Shown here: positions 29,552 to 38,828 of the stretch, in pieces | How positions within the stretch are numbered: position 1 is the stretch's first letter | Layout of the letters: every line of letters starts with the position of its first letter | Notes under the pieces: generated by a model | Seen by the model: only the letters and a program-made list of their open reading frames with translations | What the model was told of the DNA's origin: nothing | The model's database searches: none | Assembly: GCA_043808015.1 (NCBI GenBank) | Contig: JAZDFI010000014.1 | Coordinates: 1-50,730 of the forward strand | Origin: Candidatus Aenigmatarchaeota archaeon | GTDB taxonomy: Archaea; Aenigmatarchaeota; Aenigmatarchaeia; QMZP01; QMZT01 | Reading direction: 5' to 3' | Length of the DNA: 50,730 nucleotides | Program-made: the position numbers and the translations under genes

Positions 29552-29929
29552 ATGAAACTTGCTTTGTCACTATTTTTCGCTATAATGATGGTGCTCATTG
29601 TTTTACAGAATGTTCGCGCCGAAGACCCGGCCTGCAAAGAAGGCGAGCGCAGGCTGTGCGGTTCCGATGTCGGAATCTGCGAACCGGGCAGGTCGACCTG
29701 CAGGGACGGTGTCTGGAGCGCATGCGATGGCGGGATCGGGCCTAAGGACAGCGAAACGTGCGGCAACTCGCTTGACGACAACTGTGACGAGGCGATAGAC
29801 GAGAACTGCTTCCCATGGACGTCGTTCGTGCTCATCGGCGTGGGAATGCTGTTCCTGGGCATAGGCATGATTTACATGCAGAAGAACAAGGGCGAGCGCA
29901 TGCTGAGCGAAGGCGTCAGTAAGGATTAA
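29552..29929 (+). CDS. small Cys-rich membrane protein with a MopE-like metal-binding repeat
   Basis: Signal peptide, CGSDVGICEPG..C, ETCGNSLDDNCDEAIDE, C-terminal TM. Confidence 0.8.
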   Translation: MKLALSLFFAIMMVLIVLQNVRAEDPACKEGERRLCGSDVGICEPGRSTCRDGVWSACDGGIGPKDSETCGNSLDDNCDEAIDENCFPWTSFVLIGVGMLFLGIGMIYMQKNKGERMLSEGVSKD

Positions 29930-29996
29930 CGCACACGCGACAAAAATCCTAAAAAGCGGCATATACAGGCCAATTCCTGCGAAAACTTTAAATAAC

Positions 29997-30009
29997 CTTT
30001 ATATATAAA
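29997..30009 (+). promoter_or_regulatory. putative TATA box of the EF-1alpha gene
   Basis: CTTTATATATAAA upstream of tuf; GGAGG SD before ATG 30094. Confidence 0.45.
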
Positions 30010-30093
30010 TCCCATATACTATACTATACCTTAATATAACGGACAGACAGCTTTCACGCTGTTCAAGCTAAAATATAAGCTAGGAGGGAGAAA

Positions 30094-31365
30094 ATGGCAG
30101 AAAAGCCGCACATTAACATTATAACATCAGGTCACGTAGACCATGGAAAATCAACCTTAATAGGCCGATTGCTCTTCGATTCGGGAGCGATAGACGAGCA
30201 GACCATGAGGAAACTCAAGGAGAAAGCGAAGGAGTTGAAGAAGGAAACCTTCGAATTCGCATTCGTCATGGACAACCTCAAGGAAGAACGAGAGCGAGGA
30301 GTAACCATAGACCTTATGCACAAAGAGTTCCAGACATCGAAGTTCTACTTCACTGTCATCGACTGCCCCGGCCACAGAGACTTCGTCAAGAACATGATTA
30401 CAGGCGCGAGCCAGGCAGATGCAGCGATACTTGTCGTTTCAGCAAAAGACGGCATCCAGGAGCAGACAAGGGAGCACTTGTATCTGGCAAAGGTTCTGGG
30501 CATCCAGCAGCTTGTAGTGGCAGTCAACAAGATGGACGCTGTCAGCTACGATAAGGCAGCATACGAGAAGACCAAATTAGAAGTCGGAAAGCTGCTTCAG
30601 ACGCTGGGCTACAAAATAGACAAGATACCGATGGTTGCATGTTCCGCGTATGTCGGCGACAACGTGTTCAAGAAATCGACCAACATGGCGTGGTACGCGG
30701 GCCCGACACTCGTCGAGGCTCTGGACCAGACAATAGTGCCACCGCACAAACAGACTGACAAGCCGCTCAGGCTTCCGGTGCAGGACGTCTTCGCCATCAC
30801 AGGCGTAGGAACGGTCCCTGTCGGAAGAGTCGAGAGCGGTGTCATGAAACCGGGCGACAAGATCATTTTCGAGCCGTCCGGGGCGCAGGCTGAAGTCAAG
30901 TCCATAGAAATGCACCACAAACAACTGGCGAAAGCCGAACCGGGCGACAACGTCGGTTTCAACCTCAGGGGCGTTGCAAGGAATGACATAAAGCGCGGCG
31001 ACGTTGCAGGTCATCTTAACAACCCGCCAACGGTAGTCAAGGAATTCACGGCGCAGATAATCGTTCTGCAGCACCCGACCGTCCTAACGAAGGGTTACAC
31101 GCCGGTATTCCACTGCCACACGGCGCACGTTGCGGGCAAGATAATCGAGCTTGTGAAGAAGCTTGACCCGAAAACCGGCGCAGTATCCGAGGAACATCCG
31201 GAGATGCTTAAGCCGGGCGATGCGGCCATCATAAAGGTGCAGCCGTCGCAGCCAATAGTCGTTGAGAAACAGGCTGACTTCCCAGGTCTAGCAAAGTTCG
31301 CAATCCGTGACATGGGCAAGACCATCGCTGCAGGCATCGTAATCGACGTTGTGAAGGCGAAGTAA
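30094..31365 (+). CDS. tuf: translation elongation factor EF-1 alpha
   Basis: [53 protein letters not shown]. Confidence 0.98.
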   Translation: MAEKPHINIITSGHVDHGKSTLIGRLLFDSGAIDEQTMRKLKEKAKELKKETFEFAFVMDNLKEERERGVTIDLMHKEFQTSKFYFTVIDCPGHRDFVKNMITGASQADAAILVVSAKDGIQEQTREHLYLAKVLGIQQLVVAVNKMDAVSYDKAAYEKTKLEVGKLLQTLGYKIDKIPMVACSAYVGDNVFKKSTNMAWYAGPTLVEALDQTIVPPHKQTDKPLRLPVQDVFAITGVGTVPVGRVESGVMKPGDKIIFEPSGAQAEVKSIEMHHKQLAKAEPGDNVGFNLRGVARNDIKRGDVAGHLNNPPTVVKEFTAQIIVLQHPTVLTKGYTPVFHCHTAHVAGKIIELVKKLDPKTGAVSEEHPEMLKPGDAAIIKVQPSQPIVVEKQADFPGLAKFAIRDMGKTIAAGIVIDVVKAK

Positions 31366-31402
31366 TTTTTTACTTCCCTTTCATATCTTTTTCTTTTATT
31401 TC
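31366..31402 (+). terminator. T-rich archaeal terminator after tuf
   Basis: Oligo-T/pyrimidine tracts immediately after the stop codon. Confidence 0.5.
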
Positions 31403-31489
31403 ATTCCTTAGCGCGAGCTCCATTCAACCGGCTTACTCCGGGAAAAGCTGCACTGAAGTTATATAAAATTCAGGAGATACGAAAAAATC

Positions 31490-31791
31490 ATGGGGCGAAA
31501 TATCTCAATTCAATACACAGCTTGATCGGCGCAGCCGTCTATTTGGACAGCCCCAGCAAGAAAGACCGCAAATACGGAAAATTTCTTTACACTCATACAA
31601 TGAAAAATTTTTTCAGGGATTATGAGTGCGGCGACTGCAGCGGCAATCTGGAAATGGAACTGGACAAGTACTATCGCCTGATACAGCATCTTGAATACAA
31701 GAAAGCGAAGAAGTTCGCCGAGGACTGGTTCCATTCGGAATGGAAGGACTTCACCGACTCGCTGAAATGGAAATATAAATCGGAAAGCTGA
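31490..31791 (+). CDS. hypothetical protein, possibly frameshifted near its start
   Basis: Open frame to the stop at 31791; the TATA/SD-supported ATG at 31490 is out of frame by one G in a GGGG run; alternative starts are TTG 31522 or a later ATG. Confidence 0.45.
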
Positions 31792-31800
31792 TTATTCTCT

Positions 31801-32538
31801 ATGAAGCCGAAGATGTCCGACATATGCAACAGGATTGAGATGTGGCTCGAGACAAAGCTTGCAGAGTCCAGCGCCAGCGGCGTCGTAATCGGCCTCAGCG
31901 GTGGCGTCGATTCGTCTGTTGTGGCCGCGCTCGCGAAGCGCGCGCTAGGAAACCAGCGGGTACTCGGCCTTATACTGCCTTGCGAATCCGACGTCAAAGA
32001 CGCGCAACGAGCGAGAGCGCTGGCCAAAAAAATCGGCATCAAGACCGACACTGTCGATTTGACCACATCGTTCCGCTGCTTCAGCGACGCGCTGCCGGAA
32101 GCGGACAAGAAAACTCTGGGCAATCTAAAATCGCGCCTGCGCATGCTCACGCTGTATTACTATGCCAACAGGAACAATCTCATCGTCCTCGGCACGTCGA
32201 ACAAGTCGGAAATCGCGATAGGCTACTTCACGAAACACGGCGACGCTGCAGCGGATCTGGAGCCGATAGGCGGCCTTTACAAAACCCAGGTTCTCGAACT
32301 CGCAAAACATATCGAAATCCCGGAAGAGATAGTCAAGGCCGTCCCTTCGGCCGGCCTTTGGGACGGGCAGATAGACGAAGACGAAATTGGAATGAGCTAC
32401 GCGGAACTCGACTCTATTCTTAAGGCGGTCGAGGGAAACAGAGACCCTGAAACAACTAAAGAAAAAATGGCGCGCGTGGCGGAGATGATAAAAAAGTCAT
32501 CCCACAAGAGGAAGCTGCCCGAAGTCTGCGAGATATAA
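31801..32538 (+). CDS. nadE: NH3-dependent NAD+ synthetase
   Basis: GLSGGVDS, GNLKSRLRM, GTSNKSE, GYFTKHGD, LYKTQV, PSAGLW, SSHKR. Confidence 0.96.
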   Translation: MKPKMSDICNRIEMWLETKLAESSASGVVIGLSGGVDSSVVAALAKRALGNQRVLGLILPCESDVKDAQRARALAKKIGIKTDTVDLTTSFRCFSDALPEADKKTLGNLKSRLRMLTLYYYANRNNLIVLGTSNKSEIAIGYFTKHGDAAADLEPIGGLYKTQVLELAKHIEIPEEIVKAVPSAGLWDGQIDEDEIGMSYAELDSILKAVEGNRDPETTKEKMARVAEMIKKSSHKRKLPEVCEI

Positions 32539-32543
32539 TTGTT

Positions 32544-33314
32544 TCAGATTTTCATTCTCTTGAATGCTTGCGAACCCACCAGAATCATTGCAACTGAGAA
32601 TGCGGTCACCACCAGGAAATCAAGTGCGATGTTCATTGTTGAAATCCCCAGTATCGCGCCTCTTATGCCGTCCACTGCATACGTGGCCGGATTCACGAAC
32701 ACGAACGGCGACAGCCATGCAGGAAGGTTGTTTATGGGGAAGAGCGCGCCTGAAAGGAAGAACATGGGAAATATGACAAAGCTGCCAATTAACTGAAAGC
32801 CTTCAGGGCTTTCCATTTGGGATCCTATTATCAGGCCTATGCTTACCAGGCCAATAGTCGCCACGATCAAAAATGCCAGTGTTATTAAAATTGAAAACAA
32901 ATTGAGTTGAAGGCCGCTTATTATACCGCTTATTGAAAAAACAAAGCCAATCGTCAATAAAATTGCCACCTGGATTAGCGTGTCCGTCGAGCCGCCGAGC
33001 ACTTTACCCATGAATATCGACGTCCTTGACAACGGCGCTACCAGAACCTCTTTCAGGAAGTCTATCTTCTTGTCCCACACTATATACACGCCGAAGAAAA
33101 TCGATGAGAATAGCGCCGACTGCATGAGCACTCCCGGAAAAATGAACGCCTGGTAGTTTACGCCGCCGAAAGAAACGGCGGATCCGAGTCCTCCTCCGAT
33201 TATAAGAAGCCACAGTACGGGGTTAACGATGGATGCTACTATCCTCGACCTTTCCCTGAGAAATACTTTGGTTTCTCTGTACCATAGCGCATAAATGCCT
33301 TTCAGGTCGCTCAT
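32544..33314 (-). CDS. ABC-2 type transporter permease (DrrB-like)
   Basis: Six TM, FLKEVLVAP, PMFFLSGALFP, NPATYAVD. Confidence 0.93.
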   Translation of the reverse strand: MSDLKGIYALWYRETKVFLRERSRIVASIVNPVLWLLIIGGGLGSAVSFGGVNYQAFIFPGVLMQSALFSSIFFGVYIVWDKKIDFLKEVLVAPLSRTSIFMGKVLGGSTDTLIQVAILLTIGFVFSISGIISGLQLNLFSILITLAFLIVATIGLVSIGLIIGSQMESPEGFQLIGSFVIFPMFFLSGALFPINNLPAWLSPFVFVNPATYAVDGIRGAILGISTMNIALDFLVVTAFSVAMILVGSQAFKRMKI

Positions 33315-34279
33315 CTTCTCGACCTCGCGTGCATCATTCTCTCTGCCCAGCCGCCTTCCGGTGAATTGTCTCTCAATGCCTTGCCGGTGTAGTGAAGGAA
33401 GACATCATCAAGCGTCGGGGAGCGGATCTCGACCGAGTCCACTTTACCGACAACTCTGAGGATTTCCTGCAGGTGTTTGTTGATGCCATCAACCGTCAGG
33501 CAAACTTCCGAATTGCAAATGGATATCTTCTTGACGAACTTGAGTTTCCTTATTGCTTTCACGTTGAGGTTTTTTGCTTTGAGCCGTATTATGTCTCCGC
33601 CCAGATTCTTTTTCAGTTCTTCCGGCGAGCCCATGACGACTATCTTGCCTTTGTCTATTATCGCCAGCCTGTCGCAAAGCTTGTCGGCCTCATCCATGTA
33701 ATGGGTCGTGATTATGATCGTGACTCGCTCTTCTTTCGCCATTTTTTCTATGTACTTCCATATGTTACCCCTCGACTGCGGATCGAGTCCCAGCGTGGGC
33801 TCGTCCAGAAACAAGACTTTCGGATGATGCATGAGGCCCCTTGCTATTTCAAGCCTTCTTCTCATGCCGCCTGAATATTTTTTAACCAGGTCGTTTTTTC
33901 TTCCAGTGAGGTCAACAAGATGAAGAACTTCCTTTATGCGTTTTTCCATCAGCTCTCCAGGCATGTCATAAAGCCATCCGTGAAGCTTGAGATTCTCATA
34001 GCCAGTGAGTATGTCGTCAGAGCTCGGGTCCTGAAAAACGATGCCTATCGACTTTCGCACTTTGTCCGGCTGCTTTATGATGTCGAAATTGTTCACGGTC
34101 GCCGTTCCGGAAGTCGGCTGCTTCAGAGTCGTGAGCATGAGAAGCGTCGTGGTTTTGCCTGCGCCGTTCGGCCCCAGCAACCCGAATATCTCCCCTTCTT
34201 TTATCTGGAGATTGAGATTGTCCACCGCAGTAAGATTCTTGTATTTCTTCGTCATCCTGTTAGTTTCTATGACATTCAT
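33311..34279 (-). CDS. ABC transporter ATP-binding protein (DrrA-like)
   Basis: GPNGAGKTT, YSGGMRRRLE, LDEPT, TTHYMDEA, PTLDDVF. Confidence 0.95.
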   Translation of the reverse strand: MNVIETNRMTKKYKNLTAVDNLNLQIKEGEIFGLLGPNGAGKTTTLLMLTTLKQPTSGTATVNNFDIIKQPDKVRKSIGIVFQDPSSDDILTGYENLKLHGWLYDMPGELMEKRIKEVLHLVDLTGRKNDLVKKYSGGMRRRLEIARGLMHHPKVLFLDEPTLGLDPQSRGNIWKYIEKMAKEERVTIIITTHYMDEADKLCDRLAIIDKGKIVVMGSPEELKKNLGGDIIRLKAKNLNVKAIRKLKFVKKISICNSEVCLTVDGINKHLQEILRVVGKVDSVEIRSPTLDDVFLHYTGKALRDNSPEGGWAERMMHARSRR

Positions 34280-34343
34280 AAAATCAACCACGAACCATCG
34301 AGATATATGATGGTCGCCTGGGCTTTTAAATGAAATCCAAAAC

Positions 34344-36422
34344 TCAAAGCGTCCCTTTGAGCGCCCTGGCCTTGTCTATCTCGAGACGGTTGTTGAGCGC
34401 GTTGACGAGGTATTTCTTCTTCTTGTTCGTTATGACCCAGTACGGATAATAGACGGGCTTTATCTCGAGAATGTTGATGTTCCATATCTCCGCGACTTTC
34501 TTGACCGCGTCTTTCGTGACTGTGAAGTTCAGCGTTTCGCCTTCGCGGTCCCGCTCGATTATCTTGCGGCTGAGTTTCATCGCAGTCGCGTCGGATGGAA
34601 GATGGATCAAGCTCGAAAGCGCGTATTCCTCGCCGACGCGAATGACGAACTTCTTTTCCGCGAGGTGCTTCAGCGCGCTCTGCGCGTCGCTGAGGAGCAT
34701 CTTGGCATTGCCTGATATGTTGTCTATGCCAGCCGCGCCTGCGCCTGCAAGATAAACGATAATGCTTCGCTGGTCATGCGGCAGCTCTAGTATTGATGAT
34801 ATACCTTTACTGATGTCGACGTCCTCGTCCTTCTCGAAGAAAATTTCTCCTGTTATACCATCGACCAGCAGCTCAACATCCTTGCCCAAGCGCACGCCAT
34901 CGGCCTTCCACACCGGGTAGTTGAGGAAGCGCAGGTCGTCGACGCTCTTGAAAGTGCGCATGATGTCCTCCTCGAAGAACCTGGGCGCGTAAACCTGCAG
35001 CTTGCTCTCGTAGACCGGCGTAACGCCTTCGATAGACTCAGCTCCTTCCTTGCCGGGCTCAAGCTGTTTGACAACCGCCTCGCCTCCGTGCTGGCTTCTT
35101 CTAATGCGAATGTCCACTATGAGCGGCTGTTCTGTAACGCCGACTATCATTCCAATCCCGACAGGCAGGTCCTTTATCTCTTCGCGCGTTCCCAGCTCGA
35201 TGCCCTCGACGGAATCCATTATCGCGCGGATGTCGTTGGGGTTCGTGACTTTGAGAATTATCTGCGTCGAGCACTGCGACAGCACGTTCTTGTCGACTTT
35301 CGCCGGCCGTTGCGAGATTATGCACAGGCCCACGCCGAACTTTCTGCCTTCCGACGCTATGATTCTCAGCAGCTTCGAGCTGGCAACCTCGCCCAGCCCT
35401 CGTTCCGGACAGAAGTTGTGCGCTTCTTCGAAGACGAGGAAAAACTCCGGAATCTTGCCGTATTTCCTGGCGTTGAAAAGCTCCTTGGCCAGTTTGTATA
35501 CTATGATCTGCTGGACGTCCGGACTCGCTTCCTTCAAATCGATTATCGTCATCCGCCCTTCCTTGACCAGCTCCTCTGGCTTGGTCGGGTTGGCCGAAAA
35601 AAGCTTCGTGCCCTCGAGAAACTCGAGGAGAGACGATAGGTTACGTTTGGCGTTGCTGTCGACTGAGTTGACCTCTTCTATCACGTCCCTGAGAGTGTAA
35701 TCCTTGCCAGCGAGATTTTTCATCGCGGAATAAAGGATGCCCTCCTGGCCAGCGGATATGTGCGTGGGTAGCATCTCGAATATGTCCTCAGTCGATAGTT
35801 TGGCATCGAGCTTTATCGGGTTCTGCGCGCCCGCGTCGAAAATGTGTATCTTGTTCTTGTATGATTTCGGCTGGATGCTGAAGCGCTTCATCTGCTGGAC
35901 CTCGTTTTCCTTCCTGTTCTCGTCGACCATGGTCCTGTATTCGCCGTGCGGGTCTATGACGACGACCGGGATTCCCTTTTCAGCCAGTTCTTCGAGAAGG
36001 ACGCCTGCGGCATACGATTTGCCCGCGCCGGACTTGGCGAGAATCGCGACGTGTTTCGTTATGAGATGCTTCGGCGGCAGGTTTACGGCGATGTCATATC
36101 CCTCGAGAATCCCTATGTAAAGCCCGTCGTCCTTGAGGCCGAGCGTCAGCTTTATCAGCTCGTCGTCCGCCGAGTATACGGGCGTGTCCGGCTCGAACGG
36201 CACTGGCAGCGGCTTGAGAAAATTCCTCGAGTCGCGGAAGCCTATGACCTTCGCCTTGGCGAGCGTGCTGTTCATGTAATTGGTTATGGAATCGATGTAG
36301 CCTAGAATCCACTTGCCCTCGTAGTCCTTGACCGCGACGTACTGCAGCTTCTTGATCTTGGCCTCGGCCTTGAAGCTGAAGTCCCTGGTCGTCACGCTTC
36401 CGGAAATGCGGCCGAGCATCAT
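34344..36422 (-). CDS. HerA/FtsK-like ATPase (DUF87) with C-terminal extension
   Basis: N-terminal HAS-barrel-like region, KHVAILAKSGAGKS, IDPHGEY, FEEAHNF, EGRKFG, SQRPA. Confidence 0.9.
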   Translation of the reverse strand: MMLGRISGSVTTRDFSFKAEAKIKKLQYVAVKDYEGKWILGYIDSITNYMNSTLAKAKVIGFRDSRNFLKPLPVPFEPDTPVYSADDELIKLTLGLKDDGLYIGILEGYDIAVNLPPKHLITKHVAILAKSGAGKSYAAGVLLEELAEKGIPVVVIDPHGEYRTMVDENRKENEVQQMKRFSIQPKSYKNKIHIFDAGAQNPIKLDAKLSTEDIFEMLPTHISAGQEGILYSAMKNLAGKDYTLRDVIEEVNSVDSNAKRNLSSLLEFLEGTKLFSANPTKPEELVKEGRMTIIDLKEASPDVQQIIVYKLAKELFNARKYGKIPEFFLVFEEAHNFCPERGLGEVASSKLLRIIASEGRKFGVGLCIISQRPAKVDKNVLSQCSTQIILKVTNPNDIRAIMDSVEGIELGTREEIKDLPVGIGMIVGVTEQPLIVDIRIRRSQHGGEAVVKQLEPGKEGAESIEGVTPVYESKLQVYAPRFFEEDIMRTFKSVDDLRFLNYPVWKADGVRLGKDVELLVDGITGEIFFEKDEDVDISKGISSILELPHDQRSIIVYLAGAGAAGIDNISGNAKMLLSDAQSALKHLAEKKFVIRVGEEYALSSLIHLPSDATAMKLSRKIIERDREGETLNFTVTKDAVKKVAEIWNINILEIKPVYYPYWVITNKKKKYLVNALNNRLEIDKARALKGTL

Positions 36423-36462
36423 GAAAATTAATTGGCTCCGTGCTTAATAAAAAGTTGAAGCG

Positions 36463-37392
36463 TCACCATGTCCAGCCGAAGCATTCCTGCGGCTTCTTCC
36501 CAGCGTGCTTCCTGACGCGCTTCTGCCTGTGTTCGATTCCTATGAGAACGTTGGCCGCGATTATCATGGCCGCGCCGAGAATCACGTTCTCAGGGACGGC
36601 TTCCGCCAGAACGACGAAAGCAATCGCTATCGCGGAGAGCGGCTCGACGAGAGTCGATATTATAACCGAGTCGTGCGCCCTCACTGTCTTCAGCCCCTCC
36701 GCGTAGAACATGTAACCCAGGAAGCTCGAGACCGCGATGCCGGCGATGAAAAGCGGGACGAAGCCATCGGGCGCAAAGGTTACTGGCTCGAATGGCAGGA
36801 ATAGCATCAGCAGGAGCCCGCCTATCAGGAGAGGCCAGAACGTGACCTTCCAGTAGGGCATTCCCTTCGATTCGAAGTGGCGCATGGACACGATGAAGAC
36901 CGAGTAGCCGACGCCCGCGATAAGCGCGAGCATGTTTCCGAAGGCGCTGGCCGCCACGTCCATTTCCGGGCCGTATATGGCCACTATGCCCAGTATTATC
37001 AGAGCGTTAGCGACGATCTCCTTTTTCGTAATTTTTTCTTTCAGGAGAAAATACGAGAGTATCGAGGTCGCGACGGGATAGACGTAGACCAGCGCGACCG
37101 CGTTGGCGACGGGTATGTAGGAGAAGGATTTTATGTAGAATCCGAACCCTATCGTCACGCCGAAGAAGCCGGCCGCCAGGAAAAGGGGGATGTCGCCCTT
37201 CTTGATGCTAAGATTCTGTCTCGTGTTTATTTTTCTGGAGACTATGATTAACGCCAAAATCATGGCGGCCGAGAGAATCGTCCTCAGAATGGTCAGCAGG
37301 AACGGCGAGACGCTCGCACCCACGAGCTTCGCCCAGATGCCTGTAGTGCCCAGCAGTATGCCGGTTATGACGAGATAGAACGTGCCCTTCAT
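36463..37392 (-). CDS. EamA/DMT family transporter
   Basis: About 10 TM in two repeats; YVYPV..LLKEKI and EPLSA..LAE. Confidence 0.9.
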   Translation of the reverse strand: MKGTFYLVITGILLGTTGIWAKLVGASVSPFLLTILRTILSAAMILALIIVSRKINTRQNLSIKKGDIPLFLAAGFFGVTIGFGFYIKSFSYIPVANAVALVYVYPVATSILSYFLLKEKITKKEIVANALIILGIVAIYGPEMDVAASAFGNMLALIAGVGYSVFIVSMRHFESKGMPYWKVTFWPLLIGGLLLMLFLPFEPVTFAPDGFVPLFIAGIAVSSFLGYMFYAEGLKTVRAHDSVIISTLVEPLSAIAIAFVVLAEAVPENVILGAAMIIAANVLIGIEHRQKRVRKHAGKKPQECFGWTW

Positions 37393-37454
37393 GCTCTATA
37401 GTTATTTTTCTCGGTATATATGCGGCTTAAAAAATTTTGCTCCAAAATAAGCGC

Positions 37455-38198
37455 ATGGCATCAGATTATCAGGAACGTCATGAACGCAAGCTGGATAGAA
37501 GCGACCTGCTGGTGAATTATTTACTCGCGCCTCCGGCATGGCTCACGGGCACGCTTTACGGGCTCGAGACCGACGGCATGGAGAACGTGCCTGAAAAGGG
37601 ACCTGCACTGATATTGTCCAAACACTCGCACGGCTTACTGGACGTGCCGCTTCTCGGCATCGCGATACACAATCAGCCCGGCAATCGCGGCAGGAACGCC
37701 AATTACATCATGAAGAGCATTCCGTTTTTTAATTACATTATGAAAAAATTCGGCGGCATCATTATTCCAACGGCCAGTGACATGAAAAGGGACGACCCGG
37801 GCTACAGGGACATGATAAAGCACGCCAGGGAAGAGATGGATGGCATATTCGATGACAACATCAGATTTGTGTATAAGCATAAGAATGGAGAACTGATTGT
37901 GCTTTATCCGGAAGGCAAAGTGGTAAGGCCGGGTATGGGGAAGCTCAAGGAAAGGTTTGTCAGGAGAACATTGGAAGCACAGGAAGAGATAGGCGAAATT
38001 CCCCTGATTCCTGCGGGCATAGAATACGGCGGGTGGATAAGCGACAGAGTGCCCAAAAGGCCCGTGAGGATAAGAATCGGCAAGCCCATGACAGCGGACG
38101 CCCAAACCGCGCAGGACAATAAAAAGTTCCATGAACTGATGCACGAAATAGGCGGCGAGATCGGTCGCCTTAGCGGCGGCCTTAAATACGAATTCTGA
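37455..38198 (+). CDS. lysophospholipid acyltransferase family protein (PlsC-like)
   Basis: GMENVPEKGPALILSKHSHGLLD, LYPEG, LIPAGI, IRIGKP. Confidence 0.82.
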   Translation: MASDYQERHERKLDRSDLLVNYLLAPPAWLTGTLYGLETDGMENVPEKGPALILSKHSHGLLDVPLLGIAIHNQPGNRGRNANYIMKSIPFFNYIMKKFGGIIIPTASDMKRDDPGYRDMIKHAREEMDGIFDDNIRFVYKHKNGELIVLYPEGKVVRPGMGKLKERFVRRTLEAQEEIGEIPLIPAGIEYGGWISDRVPKRPVRIRIGKPMTADAQTAQDNKKFHELMHEIGGEIGRLSGGLKYEF

Positions 38199-38242
38199 AA
38201 TTAACAGTCTGTTTTTTTAACACACAGATTTCTATTATTAAT

Positions 38243-38785
38243 ATGCAGGTTTATTTCGCGACAGGCAACAAGAACAAGTTCAGAGAGGCCGTGATGATTT
38301 TCGGCCCGGGCCTCAGGCAGAAGAAAGTCGACGTCGCTGAAATCCAGTCGCTGGACGTGCGAAAGGTGACCGAGGCGAAGGCGAAGGCCGCTTTTGATAA
38401 GGTCAAAAAGCCCGTGATCGTCGAGGACACGGCGCTCTACATAAACTCGTGGAAAGGCCTGCCCGGACCGCTCATCGCCTGGTTCGTGAAGAGCATGGGA
38501 ATCGAGAAGCTATGCAAACTCGCCGGGCCCGACAGGGCTGCGAAAGCCGAGGCATGCGTCGCCTACTACGACGGCAGGACCATGAAAGTCGTCTCAGGCA
38601 CCGTAAAGGGCAGGATCGCGTTCGTCCCGAGGGGCGAGGACAGGTTCGACTGGGACAGGATTTTCATCCCGGAAGGGCACGGCAAGACTTTCGCCGAGAT
38701 GACGCTCGAGGAAAAGAACCGCATATCGCATAGGATGAAGGCGTTTTCGCAGATGAGGAAATACCTGAAGGCGAAACGTGTTTGA
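38243..38785 (+). CDS. rdgB: non-canonical purine NTP pyrophosphatase (Ham1/RdgB)
   Basis: FATGNKNK, VEDTAL, LPGP, FDWDRIF, TFAEM, KNRISHR. Confidence 0.94.
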   Translation: MQVYFATGNKNKFREAVMIFGPGLRQKKVDVAEIQSLDVRKVTEAKAKAAFDKVKKPVIVEDTALYINSWKGLPGPLIAWFVKSMGIEKLCKLAGPDRAAKAEACVAYYDGRTMKVVSGTVKGRIAFVPRGEDRFDWDRIFIPEGHGKTFAEMTLEEKNRISHRMKAFSQMRKYLKAKRV

Positions 38786-38828
38786 GCGCACGCAACTGTT
38801 TTAAAATTTTCGGCCATATTATCATTCT

